In this document: positions 51,802-64,000 of the stretch, piece by piece
How positions within the stretch are numbered: position 1 is the first letter of the stretch
How the letters are laid out: each line of letters opens with the position of its first letter
Assembly: GCF_006345805.1 (NCBI RefSeq)
Contig: NC_042999.1
Span: forward strand, 52,576,001 to 52,640,000
DNA: 64,000 nt
Direction: 5' to 3'
Source: Octopus sinensis
Lineage: Eukaryota
The notes under the pieces: generated by a model
Database searches by the model: none
Told to the model about the DNA's origin: nothing
The model's input: only the letters and a program-made list of their open reading frames with translations
Translations under genes and position numbers: made by a program

Positions 51802-53623
51802 GCAGAGTTGAAGATTTTGGCCAAGGTGCTAGCCAAGAGATTGGCGCTTGTCGTGGTCAAGCTGGTTGGCAGGACGCAGACATGCGCCGTGCCGACCAGG
51901 TCGATACACGACAACCTCCATCTCATGCGCTACATCATAGAGAGGTTGGATAACGACGCCAGTGCGGGTGGTGCTTTGATCAATTTAGATTAGAGTAAAG
52001 CCTTCTATAGGGTCGACCATCGGTACCTGGCAGCTGTTCTCAAGGCAGCCGGCTTCGGTCCAGTCTTCCGCGGGTGGATCGCTGCTTTATACAGCAACAT
52101 CTGCTCGGTGATATGGGTGAACGGTCACCTTTCGGAACCGTTTGACATCTCGCGTTCGGTCCGCCAAGGATGCCCTCTCTCCTCCCTCTTGTACGTATTG
52201 ATTCTTGAGCCATTACTGCGCAAGTTGGAGGCTTTGAGGGGTATCCCGCACGATCTAGGAGATGGAAACAGCGCGTCTGCCTATGCCAACGACGTCACCG
52301 TGATGGTTTCGAGCCACAGGGACATTGACCTGATTGGCGAGACGCTAAACGAGTACGAAGCGGTGACAGGGACAAAGATTAACGCGGAAAAGACTGTGGG
52401 CTTGCAACTGGGCACCTGGAGAGGCAAGCCCATGCCGTCCAACTGCGTAGGGCGCTGGACAGACGGACCCGTTAAACTGCTCGGGGTCTGGTTCGGTCCG
52501 GACCTCCAGGTGGATAAAAACTGGGAAGAAGTGACGAGCAGAGTGGCACGTCTCACCCAGAAATGGGCCGACAGGAAGTTGTCCCTGAAAGGTCGAGCGG
52601 AGGTGGCGAATGCGTACATTGCATCCGTCATCTATTACCGCTTGACCGTCGTCCCTTGTCCCGACCGCTGGTTGGCCAAGCTGGTACGTCTGCTCTTCGA
52701 CTTTTTGTGGAAGGATCAGGTACCACTGGTCAGTCGATCCATCTGCAGTCAACGACCGCTAAACGGGGGCCTTGGCATGCGGTGGTTACTGATGCGCAGA
52801 CATGTGCTCAGGCTACGACATCTCAAGCGTTTCCTAGACGGTGAACAGGTGTGGTCGTCTTTTGTCAGACGCGACTTTCCGCAGCTCGTCTCTTTGACAG
52901 AACTGCAGACCTGGATCAAACGTAGACCGAGAAAGGGCGCTTGGCACCTCGAGTTCCATCAAGCTCTCACTGCCCTCCGCCAAGCGAGCAATGCGATCGG
53001 TTTTAGTTCAACTCTAGCGTTCTACAGAGGGTTAGTGGAGGAAAAATGCGACGACGTTCTCGGGGAAACTCTAGGCGTTGATGATAACGAACTGAGCTGT
53101 CTGTTCGGAAGGACTTTCGGGCCGGGGCCAATGGATAACTTCCAGAGGTCGCTCGCCTGGCAGTGCTACCGAGGGGCTCTGCCTGTTCGGGATAAACTCT
53201 ACCGGCACGGAAGTGCCGTCATTCGGGCCTGCCCGAGGTGTTGCCAGGACGAGTGCTGTCTGAGGAGAGTGCTGTCTGATAGCGTGTTTTCTGAAAGGTG
53301 GGTGAATTGTGCAAGAATAGCCAGTATAAATGGACCAATTCTGAGGTTTCGCCTGTAATTGAAAAAGGTATTATAAAAGGAGAAAGGGGCTCTCTACCCC
53401 CCCCCTTTTGACCAGGCTCCCGTTGGCTTTTATGGGTTTTTTCCACCAGGAACCTTTCGTAACTCCCTCTATTGGGAGTTTTTCATTGTTATATTATTTG
53501 ATTGTTACACTGTTTTTACACGATTTTTTCACAAACGGACAAAACTCTTTGCAACCTTTCGTCTGTTTTGTCCCTTTATGTTTTCTATTCATGTGTGCCA
53601 GCCCTTGTGGCCAGTAAAAAGAG

Positions 53624-53625
<2 letters not shown>
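51802..53625 (+). mobile_element. 5'-truncated Tx1/L1-clade LINE (RT, partial zf-RVT, 3'UTR, followed by a (TTA)n tail)
   Basis: KILAKVLAKRL, LINLD*SKAF, SVRQGCPLSSLLY, AYANDVTV, SLKGRAEV, GGLGM and CPRC, with few stops. Confidence 0.9.
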
Positions 53626-53670
<45 letters not shown>

Positions 53671-53689
53671 GATTATTACTATTATTATT

Positions 53690-54140
53690 AAGGCGGTGAG
53701 GTGGCAGAATCGTTAGCACATTGGACGAGATGCTTAGCGCTATTTCGCCCGTCGCTACGTTCTGAATTCAAATTCCGTCTAGGTCGACTTTGCCTTTTCA
53801 TCCTTTTGATGGTCGATAAAATATGAACCAGATGAAAACTAGGGTCAATGTAATCGACTCGTTCCCACCTCCCCCAAGTTGCACTCGTAGCAAAAATTTA
53901 TAATAGTTATTATTGTCGTCTGTTTTCGGAAACGGAAAACTGTCAAGATCGTTAGCATGCCGAACGATAATCTTAGCGTCGTTTCGTCCGTCTTCGCGTT
54001 CTGAGTCCAAATTCTGATGCGGTCGACTTTGCATTTCATTTATTTTGGAATCGATGAAATAAATACCAGTTGAGCATTGGGATCAATGCTAATCGACTCT
54101 CATCCTGCTACAAAATTCCAGGCCTTGTGCTTTTCGTAGA
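53690..54140 (+). mobile_element. Two tandem SINE family B copies
   Basis: GGCGGTGAGGTGGCAGAATCG... followed by a second, degenerate copy with GTCGACTTTGC. Confidence 0.75.
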
Positions 54141-54984
54141 AAGCTTTAACAGTAAAAGCAGATTACGTTGATGAGTTCTTGGGGAGATCCAAGATCGCGT
54201 TGAGAATAATGTGCAATAGGCAACTTTAATTCCTGTTAATTAACCACAGTAATTAGCTATAGTAATCATAGATTTAATGACAGTCAACTTCGTATTCCTT
54301 GATTATTGTTGGTCACACAATGATACAATGGAGCTGTCCAATGAATTATGTAGAACTTCGATCTTCTGTTGATCTTAAAATAGTGGAATTGAATGTGGAA
54401 TCAATGGAACTCTGGTCTGCTGTTGGTTTTCCATTGATACAGTAGAATATGTCCAGCCTAGTATTGGTCGTGTGAGTATATTACTTCATGTGTTCAAACG
54501 ATAATGATAATCTCAGTATCAGACTGGTTTGTTACATTATCGATCCTACAAAAATGAAAAGAAAATAGACCCCTCGCCAGATTAGAACTCTGCGCATAAA
54601 GGGTCATACTAATTAACACATTCCTCAAACGAATATCCAATTTCACTGCGCTTCTAATAGCTGTACAGTAATTTGAGAAGTAGGAGGAGGAAGAAATGGG
54701 AGAAAGAATGAAGATGGAAGTGGTATTAGGAGAAATTAGAGGTGGAGGAGGGGCACAGCAAATGTAAACTAATCATAGACAAGATATAGAATCTTACTGT
54801 CAGTTTATCGTGTTCAGCCCCACCATTCCCCACGTTTCAAACTTTGGAATAGGGGGCGTTTCAATAACTTATCGTGAGAATCATTCTCAAGTGTTTTTAC
54901 ATGCGTTTCCTTTGCCAAAAGTAACTTGAAAATTACGGAAGACCAACTGTGCAATGATTAGTTCTGTATTTTGTTTTGTTGCCT

Positions 54985-56010
54985 CATTAGTTCATGGCAA
55001 GTTTGTCCTGATTGTTTGAGTCTTGCACTTATAATCACAAGATTGTGGTTTCGAATCCTGGACCGAGCAGTGCATCATGTTACGTTTCAAAGCGAAATAC
55101 TTCATTTTACGTTATTCCAATCCACTCAGCTTGTAAATGATTAACTCCGAGGCAGACAGGTGACCCGTCCCAGGGGAATGTTGTGATCTTGGGCACTTGG
55201 TAAACCGAGCGGCCAATCCTAGGAATCCAAGGATTCAAAACAACAATATACATGAGATTGATATTGATTAAATGATTCGTAGCACTCCGTCGGTTGCGAC
55301 GACAAGGATTCCAGTTGATCCGATCATCGGAACAGCCTACTCGTGAAATTAACGTGCAAGTGGCCGAGCGCTCCACAGACACGTGTGCCCTTAACGTAGT
55401 TCTCGGGAAGATTCAGCTGACACAGTATATAACAAGGCTGGCCCTTTGAAATACAGGTTCAACAGAAACAGGAAGAAAGAGTGAGAGAATGCTGTGGTGA
55501 AAGAGTACAGCAGAGTTCGCCGCCCCTTTGCTGAGACATCGTGGAACTTTAGGTGTTTTCGCTCAATAAACACTCACTACGCTCGGTCTGGGAATCGAAA
55601 CCGCAAACCTATGACCGAGAGTCTGCTGCCCTAACCACTGGGCTATTGCCTTTCTTGTATCACTACTTTTATTTGTTTCAGTCATTAGACTGCGGCCATG
55701 CTGGAGCACCGCCTTTAGTTGAACAGATCGATCCCAGGACCTATTCTTTGTGAACCTAGTACTTATTCTATCAGTCTCTTTGCCGAACCGCTATGTTATG
55801 GGGACGTAAACACACTAACATCGGTTGTCAAGCGCGGGTGGTGTGACACACACATATATACGACGGGCTTCTTTCAGTTTCTGTCTACCAAATACACTGA
55901 CAAGGCTTTGGTTGGCTCGAGGCTATAGTAGAAAACACTTTCCGAATGTGCCACGCAGTGGGACTGAGTCCGGAATCATGTGCTTGGTAAGCAAGCTACA
56001 TACCACACAG
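54985..56010. mobile_element. SINE cluster: family D (54985-55210 +), family C (55220-55640 -), family A (55660-56010 -)
   Basis: Similarity to other in-window copies. Confidence 0.7.
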
Positions 56011-56830
56011 CCACGCCTGCGCTTATTGTTGCGTAACTGAAAGAACAAATATCGTTTTGACCAGGTTTATTGATCTAAAAGAAGATTGTTCATGGGACCG
56101 AGAAATTGAATGTTCAACGTAACAAATGTTCATTTAGTTTATTGAAAAACCCATATTAAATCAGTTATGTTTTGTAAAACGAAAAAAAAAAACTCATTTC
56201 GTTTTAAATAAGAGCCATGGTTACCTTCATTTAATTCAGTTTTCTTCCATTTCTAAAACGATAGAGGGAAAAAGCCGGTCATTCATTTTCGATCCCCATC
56301 ATCGTGCCACGAAACTAAAACTAAACCGAAATAAAGACTTTGTTATAATCATTCTGAATTTGTGCTCTCCACTCTCGTCTAAAATAACGTAAGCGAGGTT
56401 TGAATGTGAAAAGCGCATTAAAACAGGAAACAAAGAAACAAACACCGTCTCACGATTCGCTGTATCAACAACAACCCGTTGTAGGCAACGCAAAATGAAA
56501 TAGTAAAATGTTCCATGTGCAAAAGAAATTTTAATTCCATTCAATTTCGTTGTTATTTTAGTTGTTGTTAATCTGTGGAGAATTGCCAGTGTTTCGAATA
56601 TCACTTTTAAACGCCATTCAACTATTTTCATTCATAAGTTAAAATTCACTCGCTCCCCGCCACCTCCAAGTCTACTACCAAAATACACAATTCTAGTCTC
56701 TTCAATTTCACAGAAACCTGAAATCATTTCAGCATTTCTTCACTGACAGACTATGGACAATGTTTCCACCTCCAGCTACAAGTGGTACCGAGTAACGGAC
56801 GAACGGACGGCTCATAAATTGATTTTGTTA

Positions 56831-57695
56831 CTGTGTTGAGTGAAAAGTTTTGAAATACTTTGGTGACTTATTTCCTTTATTCGTCATTTCTCAACAAAAA
56901 CAACCTAACATTCAAAGTAGAAGCCATCGTGTTGCATTGTCTGAAGACGTGCTGACATCAGTTCTTGTCCTTCACTGAAACTTCCAAAACCTTTTGGTTG
57001 ATGAAGGTATCGTGAGCAAAGGATGTGAGCCATGGAAAGGCTACAAGTTATAATCCGAGGGAGATATTTTTCCACAATCCCATCGTGTATAAGCAGTGGC
57101 TAAGCAAGGGCCAGTTTCCAAAACCTATCGCTAAATATGGACGTTTCGGACACAGGGTGATATTCTGCGTTTGGTGGAATTACGAGTGGATAATTCAGTA
57201 GGAATTGGTTGCAGATGGCCGAACAATCAATATCAACCAATAATTCGAACAGCTGGAGTGGATGTATGCCATTGTACGTCAAGAATACTCGGCATTGTTT
57301 AATGGAAAGCGAGTGCTTCTGCAGCAAGAAAACGTAAGACTTGACACGGCTCGAACGAGCCGGAATAACTTCCGGGAACTTGAGGGAATTGAACTGATTG
57401 CATACTCAGCATATAGTCCGGACCAAGACTCTTCGGATTATTGCTTGTTCTGATCTATGACTCACTTCCTGCGCCCGCGATGCTTCATCAAGCAAGTGGT
57501 GGGGGTGGAAGCTTCAAGGATGGAGTTTTTCAACTTGATGGACAAAAACTGATACCAGCGTGAGATCAAAGAAGTGGCAGAAAGGCGGCATCAGAAGGGG
57601 CAACTCGATGATCCCTACTTGACTGCTTTTGTTGTAATTTGACGAATAAAGCAAATAAATTACCAAAATATTGCAAAATATTTAACTCAACATAA
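56831..57695 (+). mobile_element. Internally deleted mariner element
   Basis: Diverged TIRs (TGTGTTGAGTGAAAAGTTTTG / CAAAATATTTAACTCAACATA) and remnant LQQENVRLDT...YSAYSPDQDSSDYCLF. Confidence 0.75.
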
Positions 57696-59968
57696 TATGT
57701 TTTACTTTATGTCCGTAACATGTGTTATGTCTGCGTGTCTGTCGCTGCTTAACCCCCATCACCGGTCACACAAAACACCCCATTCTCTATCTAACATCCC
57801 TCGCTCCACCACCTGTCATTTCCTCACATAAGCAACTCTTACCATACCCAACTACACCTCTCTCATTCGCAAAACTTACCTCCAAATCGACTACATGCCG
57901 CTACATTTTTAACGTTTCTGTATCGGAACAAGTATTTCCGGTCTCCTCCTGGCTATTCACGACTGAGGAAACAAAACCAAGTTGAAATATTGTACCTGAC
58001 ATCCACCAGCGTTCTGACTGAAGTTATGTATTTTTAACAAAGAGAACTTTCTCCGCAGCAAGATATTACAGCCAATGGTGTTCTCGTTTTATATACACGT
58101 TTTAAATGTTATACGCACTGATATAATTTAAACATTCTATGCAAGATCTGTGCTTTACATGCTAGTTAGTTCCAATCGTTTCAATAACCAAGCATATTAA
58201 TATCTACAAACTATCTTGGATTTCATAAAATCACTTCTTGGCTGTGAATTCTATAGCAGGAAAAGGACAAAAAGACACTTCTTCCTATAGATACGTCTCC
58301 ATTTCATCTCAAATATTTTCTTAAATATCTTGGCCCTATTGCTCACTGTTCTTATAATTGGTATGGCGCCCCTGTACCAAGCACGCATATAGAAGTAAAT
58401 ATACACTCGAAAAGTAATGAATCTCTGTCTGTTTCGACGATGAGCATCGAATTGTTCATTTGCTCAATTCCTTGTTAATAGAATTATAACGTAAGGGACT
58501 GAATATTGTTCATGAAACTGCCCCACCATACAGGATAATCTAATCTGCTGAGAATAGAAATTGCATCCATTAAAAGTTCCCAAGTCTTGACACGGGACAT
58601 TTCTGTAGTGAGTATAACTGATTTGGCAGCCTCGCCGCCATACCTCACACCAGTATGAATTCCCTTGTTACTATTAAATTCTACAAGATTTTGCACCATT
58701 TCATCACTGGTACTTAAAGCAGTTTTCTGAAGATGCTTCTAAAATGCTTCGCTTTGTCGCTAACAAATATTTTGCTTTTCATATCTCAAGTACGCTCACC
58801 CTCTTTGATCTACCTTACTAATAGATTTTTCATCTGATCGGTGTGCAAAACACAAATCTCATGATATACTTTGGATGCCACCAAAGAACTTTTTATTTAG
58901 TCGTCTCTTTCTCTTAAAAACTGCATAAATCATAGATTTGGCCAACCATAGATCACGAAAATTGATGTTAGTATCTCTCACACAGATTATACCTGCCTTT
59001 GTTTCCACTATAATATTCTACCATGCAGGCTTTGTTTCCAACATTTCAATAAATATTTTTTTTTATATTTTAAAAGAAAATACTACAAAAGTACGAATTT
59101 TTCGTAAAAAAACAAAACAAAAACAAAAACAAAAATAAAACAATAAAATCAAGATGGCACTTTTAATATAATGAAACACGTCCAGTAGAGTAAGTGAGCA
59201 GTTGTGATGTGCAGAGTCTATGAACGTGTTTTCTTCAACGATGGTCAGTTTGTGTGAGTGAGACCAGGTAACATTTGGTTATGCTAATGGAAAGTGTTCA
59301 CACATACACACACAAACACATAATTCTATCTCTGTAAAACACACACACATGCTATATATATGCACATCTGGTACATATGTCAATTAACAATTGCATTCAG
59401 AGATCGTGACACTTCCCCTAAAGACGCAGATAATCTTTGAAAAAAATCAAGAATTTATGTTGACTGAGATTTGCCGTACCTGTATTTCTCAATGTCACTC
59501 ATATACGTATCACAGGCCATTCTGACTCATTTCTCTTAGTTAATTCTTGTGTGCCAGTAACCTAGGCCTTATATAAGTTTTATTCTATTTTGTATAAGTT
59601 AAAATTTCTTGGCTACATGAGGTAACGAAGGGCAATTGAGCTGCTGAAAACGTCTATTAAAACGGAAACACGTATCTTCTCTTCTCTCTATAAGCCTATA
59701 TCTCTCCTCAATCGCATCTCAGCTTTGAAGAATCCATGGCTCTTGAGGTTATCTCCTCTTTGAATTTAGAGCTGGTCCAAATTGCCAATTAATAATAATG
59801 ACTCATCATAAGGAGAAAATTCTAATAAACCAAGAATTTTATTGCATTTGGAACAATACCAATATTTGTTTTATATCTTTATCTGCTTGTCTATTTACAC
59901 ACGCGGCGATATATAACAACATTCGATAGTCTAGTCAATACCGTGATGCCGTGATATACATACATACA

Positions 59969-60004
<36 letters not shown>

Positions 60005-60695
60005 CACGTACATATACACACACACCAGGCAGTTGTGATAATTCAAGCTAATCTCAATTAGCCTAAATTCCCAAAACTGTCTGATGAATGGTAACCTGAT
60101 AGTTGGAGTGAAAGTTTTTGCATAATTTTCGCTTCCATTAAGGTAGTATTTTACTTTTCTTTTGGTATTCAAGCATTATTTTCTCTACCTTGCTTTGCCA
60201 CAAGTGTATGCATGTGTGTGTGTGAGTGAAAGTGTGTGTGAACGCGCGAGCGTGCGCCTGTGTATAGATATCGCCAACATCATCATCAACATCAGCAACA
60301 TTATTATTATTGTTGTTCTTGTTGTTATTCACTAGTTTTATTTTTATAACGTGCTTTCACTTTACTACGGTGCGCAGCTCTGTGTGCCTTGGGTATATGC
60401 TGTGGTTTGCTGTGATGCTCTTATGGTTACTGTATTGAAAGTGTTTTGCGTAGGATGTGTGCAGTACCCAGTAGTGCAATCTTCTGTATGTTTAAATATG
60501 TTTGTAAGTCCTAGTGTTTTTGTTATGTATTTGTCTGAATATTTTTTTTATCATACCTAATTCACCTACTATGATAGGAATTGTTTCTGTTTTTAGATTC
60601 CACATTCTTGTTACCTCTATTTTGTTTTTAGATTCCAAAAGACAAAAATTGAAGTGACAGCGTGACAGAACGAAAGGGGGAAGAGATTGAAGGGA

Positions 60696-60852
60696 ACAGA
60701 ATTTGCGATTGATCAGCTAAAGGACCAGTCTAAGAAAGGAAGTGAAGAAAGAACTGACCTGTCTGCCTGTTGCTGTCACGTGACCAGTGGCCAGTTCGTC
60801 CTTTTCTTCCTTTCTTAGACTGGTCCCTTAGCTGATCAGTCGCAAATTCTGT
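60696..60852. repeat. Hairpin / MITE-like inverted repeat with arms of about 60 bp
   Basis: ACAGAATTTGCGATTGATCAGCTAA.GGACCAGTCTAAGAAAGGAAG versus CTTCCTTTCTTAGACTGGTCCCTTAGCTGATCAGTCGCAAATTCTGT. Confidence 0.9.
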
Positions 60853-61213
60853 CTCTCCGTTCTCCATCTTTTCAAACATTTTCTAAGCGTTACCCACAAT
60901 TTTCGTCTCCTTGGCCCCAAGGCCATATTTTGTTCGATTGTTCGTCCTCATCCACCGTCCTAAATCACTCTCCGTGTCCTTTTGCTTGTTTTGTTTTATT
61001 TCATTTGCTCTTGTCCCTAATTATACACAAGAAAACTTTTTTTGCGCCCACCGCCCATTGGGAAGCATTCAGTCTTAGCGTTCAAGGTACAAAACCGAAA
61101 GAGTACCATTGGTCGATAACTGATGAAGAATTATGGAACTTCTGTTTGCCTCCCGTTCGTTTTTACAATCACTAAACTTTATGTCATTTGTTTATGTCAT
61201 TTATTTAATATGT

Positions 61214-61249
<36 letters not shown>

Positions 61250-61252
61250 CCA

Positions 61253-61400
61253 GAGGGCGCACACTCTCCTACCCTGATGTAATCTCCAGGGATACAGGCA
61301 TCCAGCAACAGGACCTCCGTAATGCCATGATGGACCGTGAAGTCTGGCGTAGCATGGTAAATTCCATTGTCTCGACCACGGTCGAACAATGATGATGATG
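61253..61400 (+). mobile_element. Short 3' end of an RTE-like LINE
   Basis: RGRTLSYPDVISRDTGIQQQDLRNAMMDREVWRSMV followed by (TGA)n. Confidence 0.7.
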
Positions 61401-61734
61401 ATATATATTTAATGTAGGATAATGGCCAGCATATTAAAGAATACCTTTAAAGGTTAAAATTATAAACAACTTATAAATAAGGGCAAACGAAAAAATTTCT
61501 AATGCCAAATATGCCGAGAATTGGACATATTATCCATTACCATGTAATTTTTCACAATACGCACGCTACTCGAAAAAAAGCCGACAGAAATTTCTAAAAA
61601 ATTCCATTATTACCATATCGGACCGATTTCAGGGTTAGTTCGTAAGAACTCTCCCTTCGTCAGTGATATATATATATATATATGGTCACCACGCAATATA
61701 AAGTTAACAGCAGAACTCGAAGCAATTCAATGAA

Positions 61735-62250
61735 GCTACACTAAGAAGATCGTCTCAATGCAACATATCAGCTACTGGGAAAAGCTGAAAGTATTAAAAC
61801 TCTTCTCCCTGGAGCGAAGGCAGGAGAGATATGCAGTGATATACATGTGGAAAATCCTGGAGGGTCTTGTCCCAAACTTTGGCATTCAAAGTTACTCATA
61901 CAGCAGAACGGGGTGCCACTGCATGGTGCCAAAAATCACAACATCCCCATCAAAATACAGGACCAGATGCTGCAACAGCTTGGGTTTCAGAAGACCACAG
62001 CTCTCCAATATCCTTCCTAAATGCCCGAGAGACCTGCATGGTGTGGATGTAGGTTTCTTTAAAACTAAACTGGATATCTTCTTGTCGGGGGTCCCAGATG
62101 AACCTATCTCTCGGCAGGAAGCACATATGCAGGCAGCGGCATCGAACTCCCTTGTTGATCAAGTGCCATGTTTCACATACTAGTGTAGCTCATTTAACGG
62201 TATTGCCCCAGCATGGCCGCAGCCTTCGGGCTGAAACATTTTTAAGGATT
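61735..62250 (+). mobile_element. 3' end of a CR1-like LINE including its 3'UTR
   Basis: SYWEKLKVLKLFSLERRQERYAVIYMWKILEGLVPN...FKTKLDIFLSGVPDEP. Confidence 0.85.
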
Positions 62251-62564
62251 TAAGGATTTATACACACACATACGCATTTCGTTTTTGTATCTGGTTTGTA
62301 AGATCTTTTATGAAAATTCTTGTGTTGAAACAAATTTCGCTTTGTCCGGGGAGAGTCATGCTGCCTTAATATCTAACACACTCACTGGTTCAATTTGCAC
62401 TCATTTACTATTGAAATTTTTTTCTTTTCGGTTCTTTTTTCCTCTCTGTTTTCTTTCTCTTTTGCTTGTTTTCTTCTATATAAATGATAAATGTGTGGAA
62501 ATTAAAACTGAGCGTGTTAAATATTAAGGGAGTATGACTATCCCCAGACAAAAGGATATATATA

Positions 62565-62770
62565 TATGAGGGCGCATGGGTTACCGGTTAAGCTGTTCCA
62601 CTCACAATCTAGCGGACATGATTTCAATTCCTACACTGAGTGGTGCGTTGTGTTCTTGAGCAAAAAAACTTCATCTCACGTTGCTTTGCACCTGTAAACT
62701 ATAAACAAATCATTTGTGCAGGTCATCTGGCGAAAACTGAATACTCATACGTCATCTAAAACAGGAGAGC
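62565..62770 (+). mobile_element. SINE family D
   Basis: tRNA-like head followed by GGTGCGTTGTGTTCTTGAGCAA...CATCTCACGTTGCT. Confidence 0.6.
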
Positions 62771-62791
62771 CCATCACATATATATGTGTGT

Positions 62792-62831
<40 letters not shown>

Positions 62832-63774
62832 ACACATAGATAATTAAATACTTAAATAGGTAGGTAGATAGATTGATAGATAGATATGGATGTGCGTCCG
62901 CTATATCTGATATATGTAAATGTTTATATCTAATATGCTAGCTAATGTCAAATATAAATATCTTTATAAACATTTGGCGCCTGATTTAGCTTGCAATAAA
63001 CTGGTATAAGAGGTGGCTTATTGCTATAGACAAAAACAGAAGCAATTTTGGAATTGGTAATTTTAGATAAGTTAGTGAAGGCTAAGAAAGATAGGTTTGT
63101 AGTTTATATCTTTGTGAGAAGAACGAACAAAAGTTTTTTATGTTGAAGCACTTTCTGTATCTCACATCTTCCAGTTGACGCTTTTTTTTATATATTTACC
63201 TGCAAAATCTGGCAGTTTGCAGATAGACGTTCAACAATAGAAGTGAAGATTTATTTGTAGAACATAGGTTATCCATGCAATCAAACGGCAAAGAAATCGT
63301 GGTTCGAAATCACTCGATGAATTCAAGCATATATTCACCTTTACTCTAGTGTCTAAGACTGGATGTATAAAACTTAAAAAGAAAGGTACGGTTTCAATTG
63401 TCTGTTATAATACTTTCAGTCCTATGACATAAACTTCAGCATTACATTTTCGAACGGAAAACATGTGTATTAAGAACTACAAGTTTTGAGGCACACACAG
63501 GCACGCGCGCGCACACGCACACAAAAGCACGCGCGCGCACACGCACACACACACACACACACACACATGCGTGTGTATGTTTGTATGTGTGTAATTGCGT
63601 TTGCTTATATATAACTTATATATGAAAAACAATTTAACATTGAAAAGAAAAATCAGTGAAATTTAGGATGATTACATAACTATTGTTGACTGTAACTTCG
63701 AATTTTTGGCTTTCTTGCCATAATCATCATTATCTCTCTCTCTCTCTCTCTCTCTCTCACATACTTGTATATGT

Positions 63775-64000
63775 GTGGCTGTGTGGTAATTTGCTTGCTT
63801 GCCAACCACATTGTTTCGGGTTCAGTCCCACTGCGTGGCACCTTGAACAAGTGTATTCTACTACAGCCTCAGACAGACTGGATTTGGTAAAGGGAAACTG
63901 AAAGAAGCCAGTCGTATACATATATGCATGTATATATATATGTGTGTGTCTGTGTATGTGTTTGTTGTCTGTGTCTGTGTTTGCCGCCCTACCAACCCTT
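63775..64000 (+). mobile_element. SINE family A (runs off the window end)
   Basis: GGCTGTGTGGTAA...GGGTTCAGTCCCACTGCGTGGCACCTTG...GAAACTGAAAGAAGCC. Confidence 0.8.

Noticed and set aside
58484-58699. 71-aa non-repetitive minus-strand ORF (MVQNLVEFNSNKG...)
   Set aside because: No recognisable domain, in-frame stops close upstream and no clear splice signals. It is possibly a decayed element.

Overview
AT-rich eukaryotic DNA saturated with microsatellites and repeats. The (TA)n/(CA)n/(TATG)n/(TAA)n arrays and tRNA-derived SINE families look like an octopod cephalopod (Octopus-like) genome, which is an inference from sequence style. Only one host coding exon is convincing: a 757-nt TPR-domain exon at 45632-46388 (+) ending at a GT-AAGT donor. 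Most ORFs in the supplied track are translated microsatellites. Mobile DNA includes a Penelope-like element (RT + GIY-YIG), CR1-like, RTE-like, R4/Dong-like and Tx1/L1-like LINE fragments, several Tc1/mariner remnants (one full length with TIRs), non-autonomous Helitrons, a 2-kb foldback element with an 8-bp TSD, hairpin MITEs and about four SINE families. The most notable region is 51.25-53.65 kb. It holds an apparently intact type I hammerhead ribozyme (minus strand), then an LTR-end/PBS-like motif (CA|TGGTATCAGAGC), a perfect 110-bp palindrome, and a 5'-truncated Tx1-like LINE whose 3' tail is shared with a SINE family. Minimal Penelope-type hammerhead motifs are scattered elsewhere. All folds and alignments were done by eye, and repeat boundaries are approximate unless a TSD or TIR is quoted.
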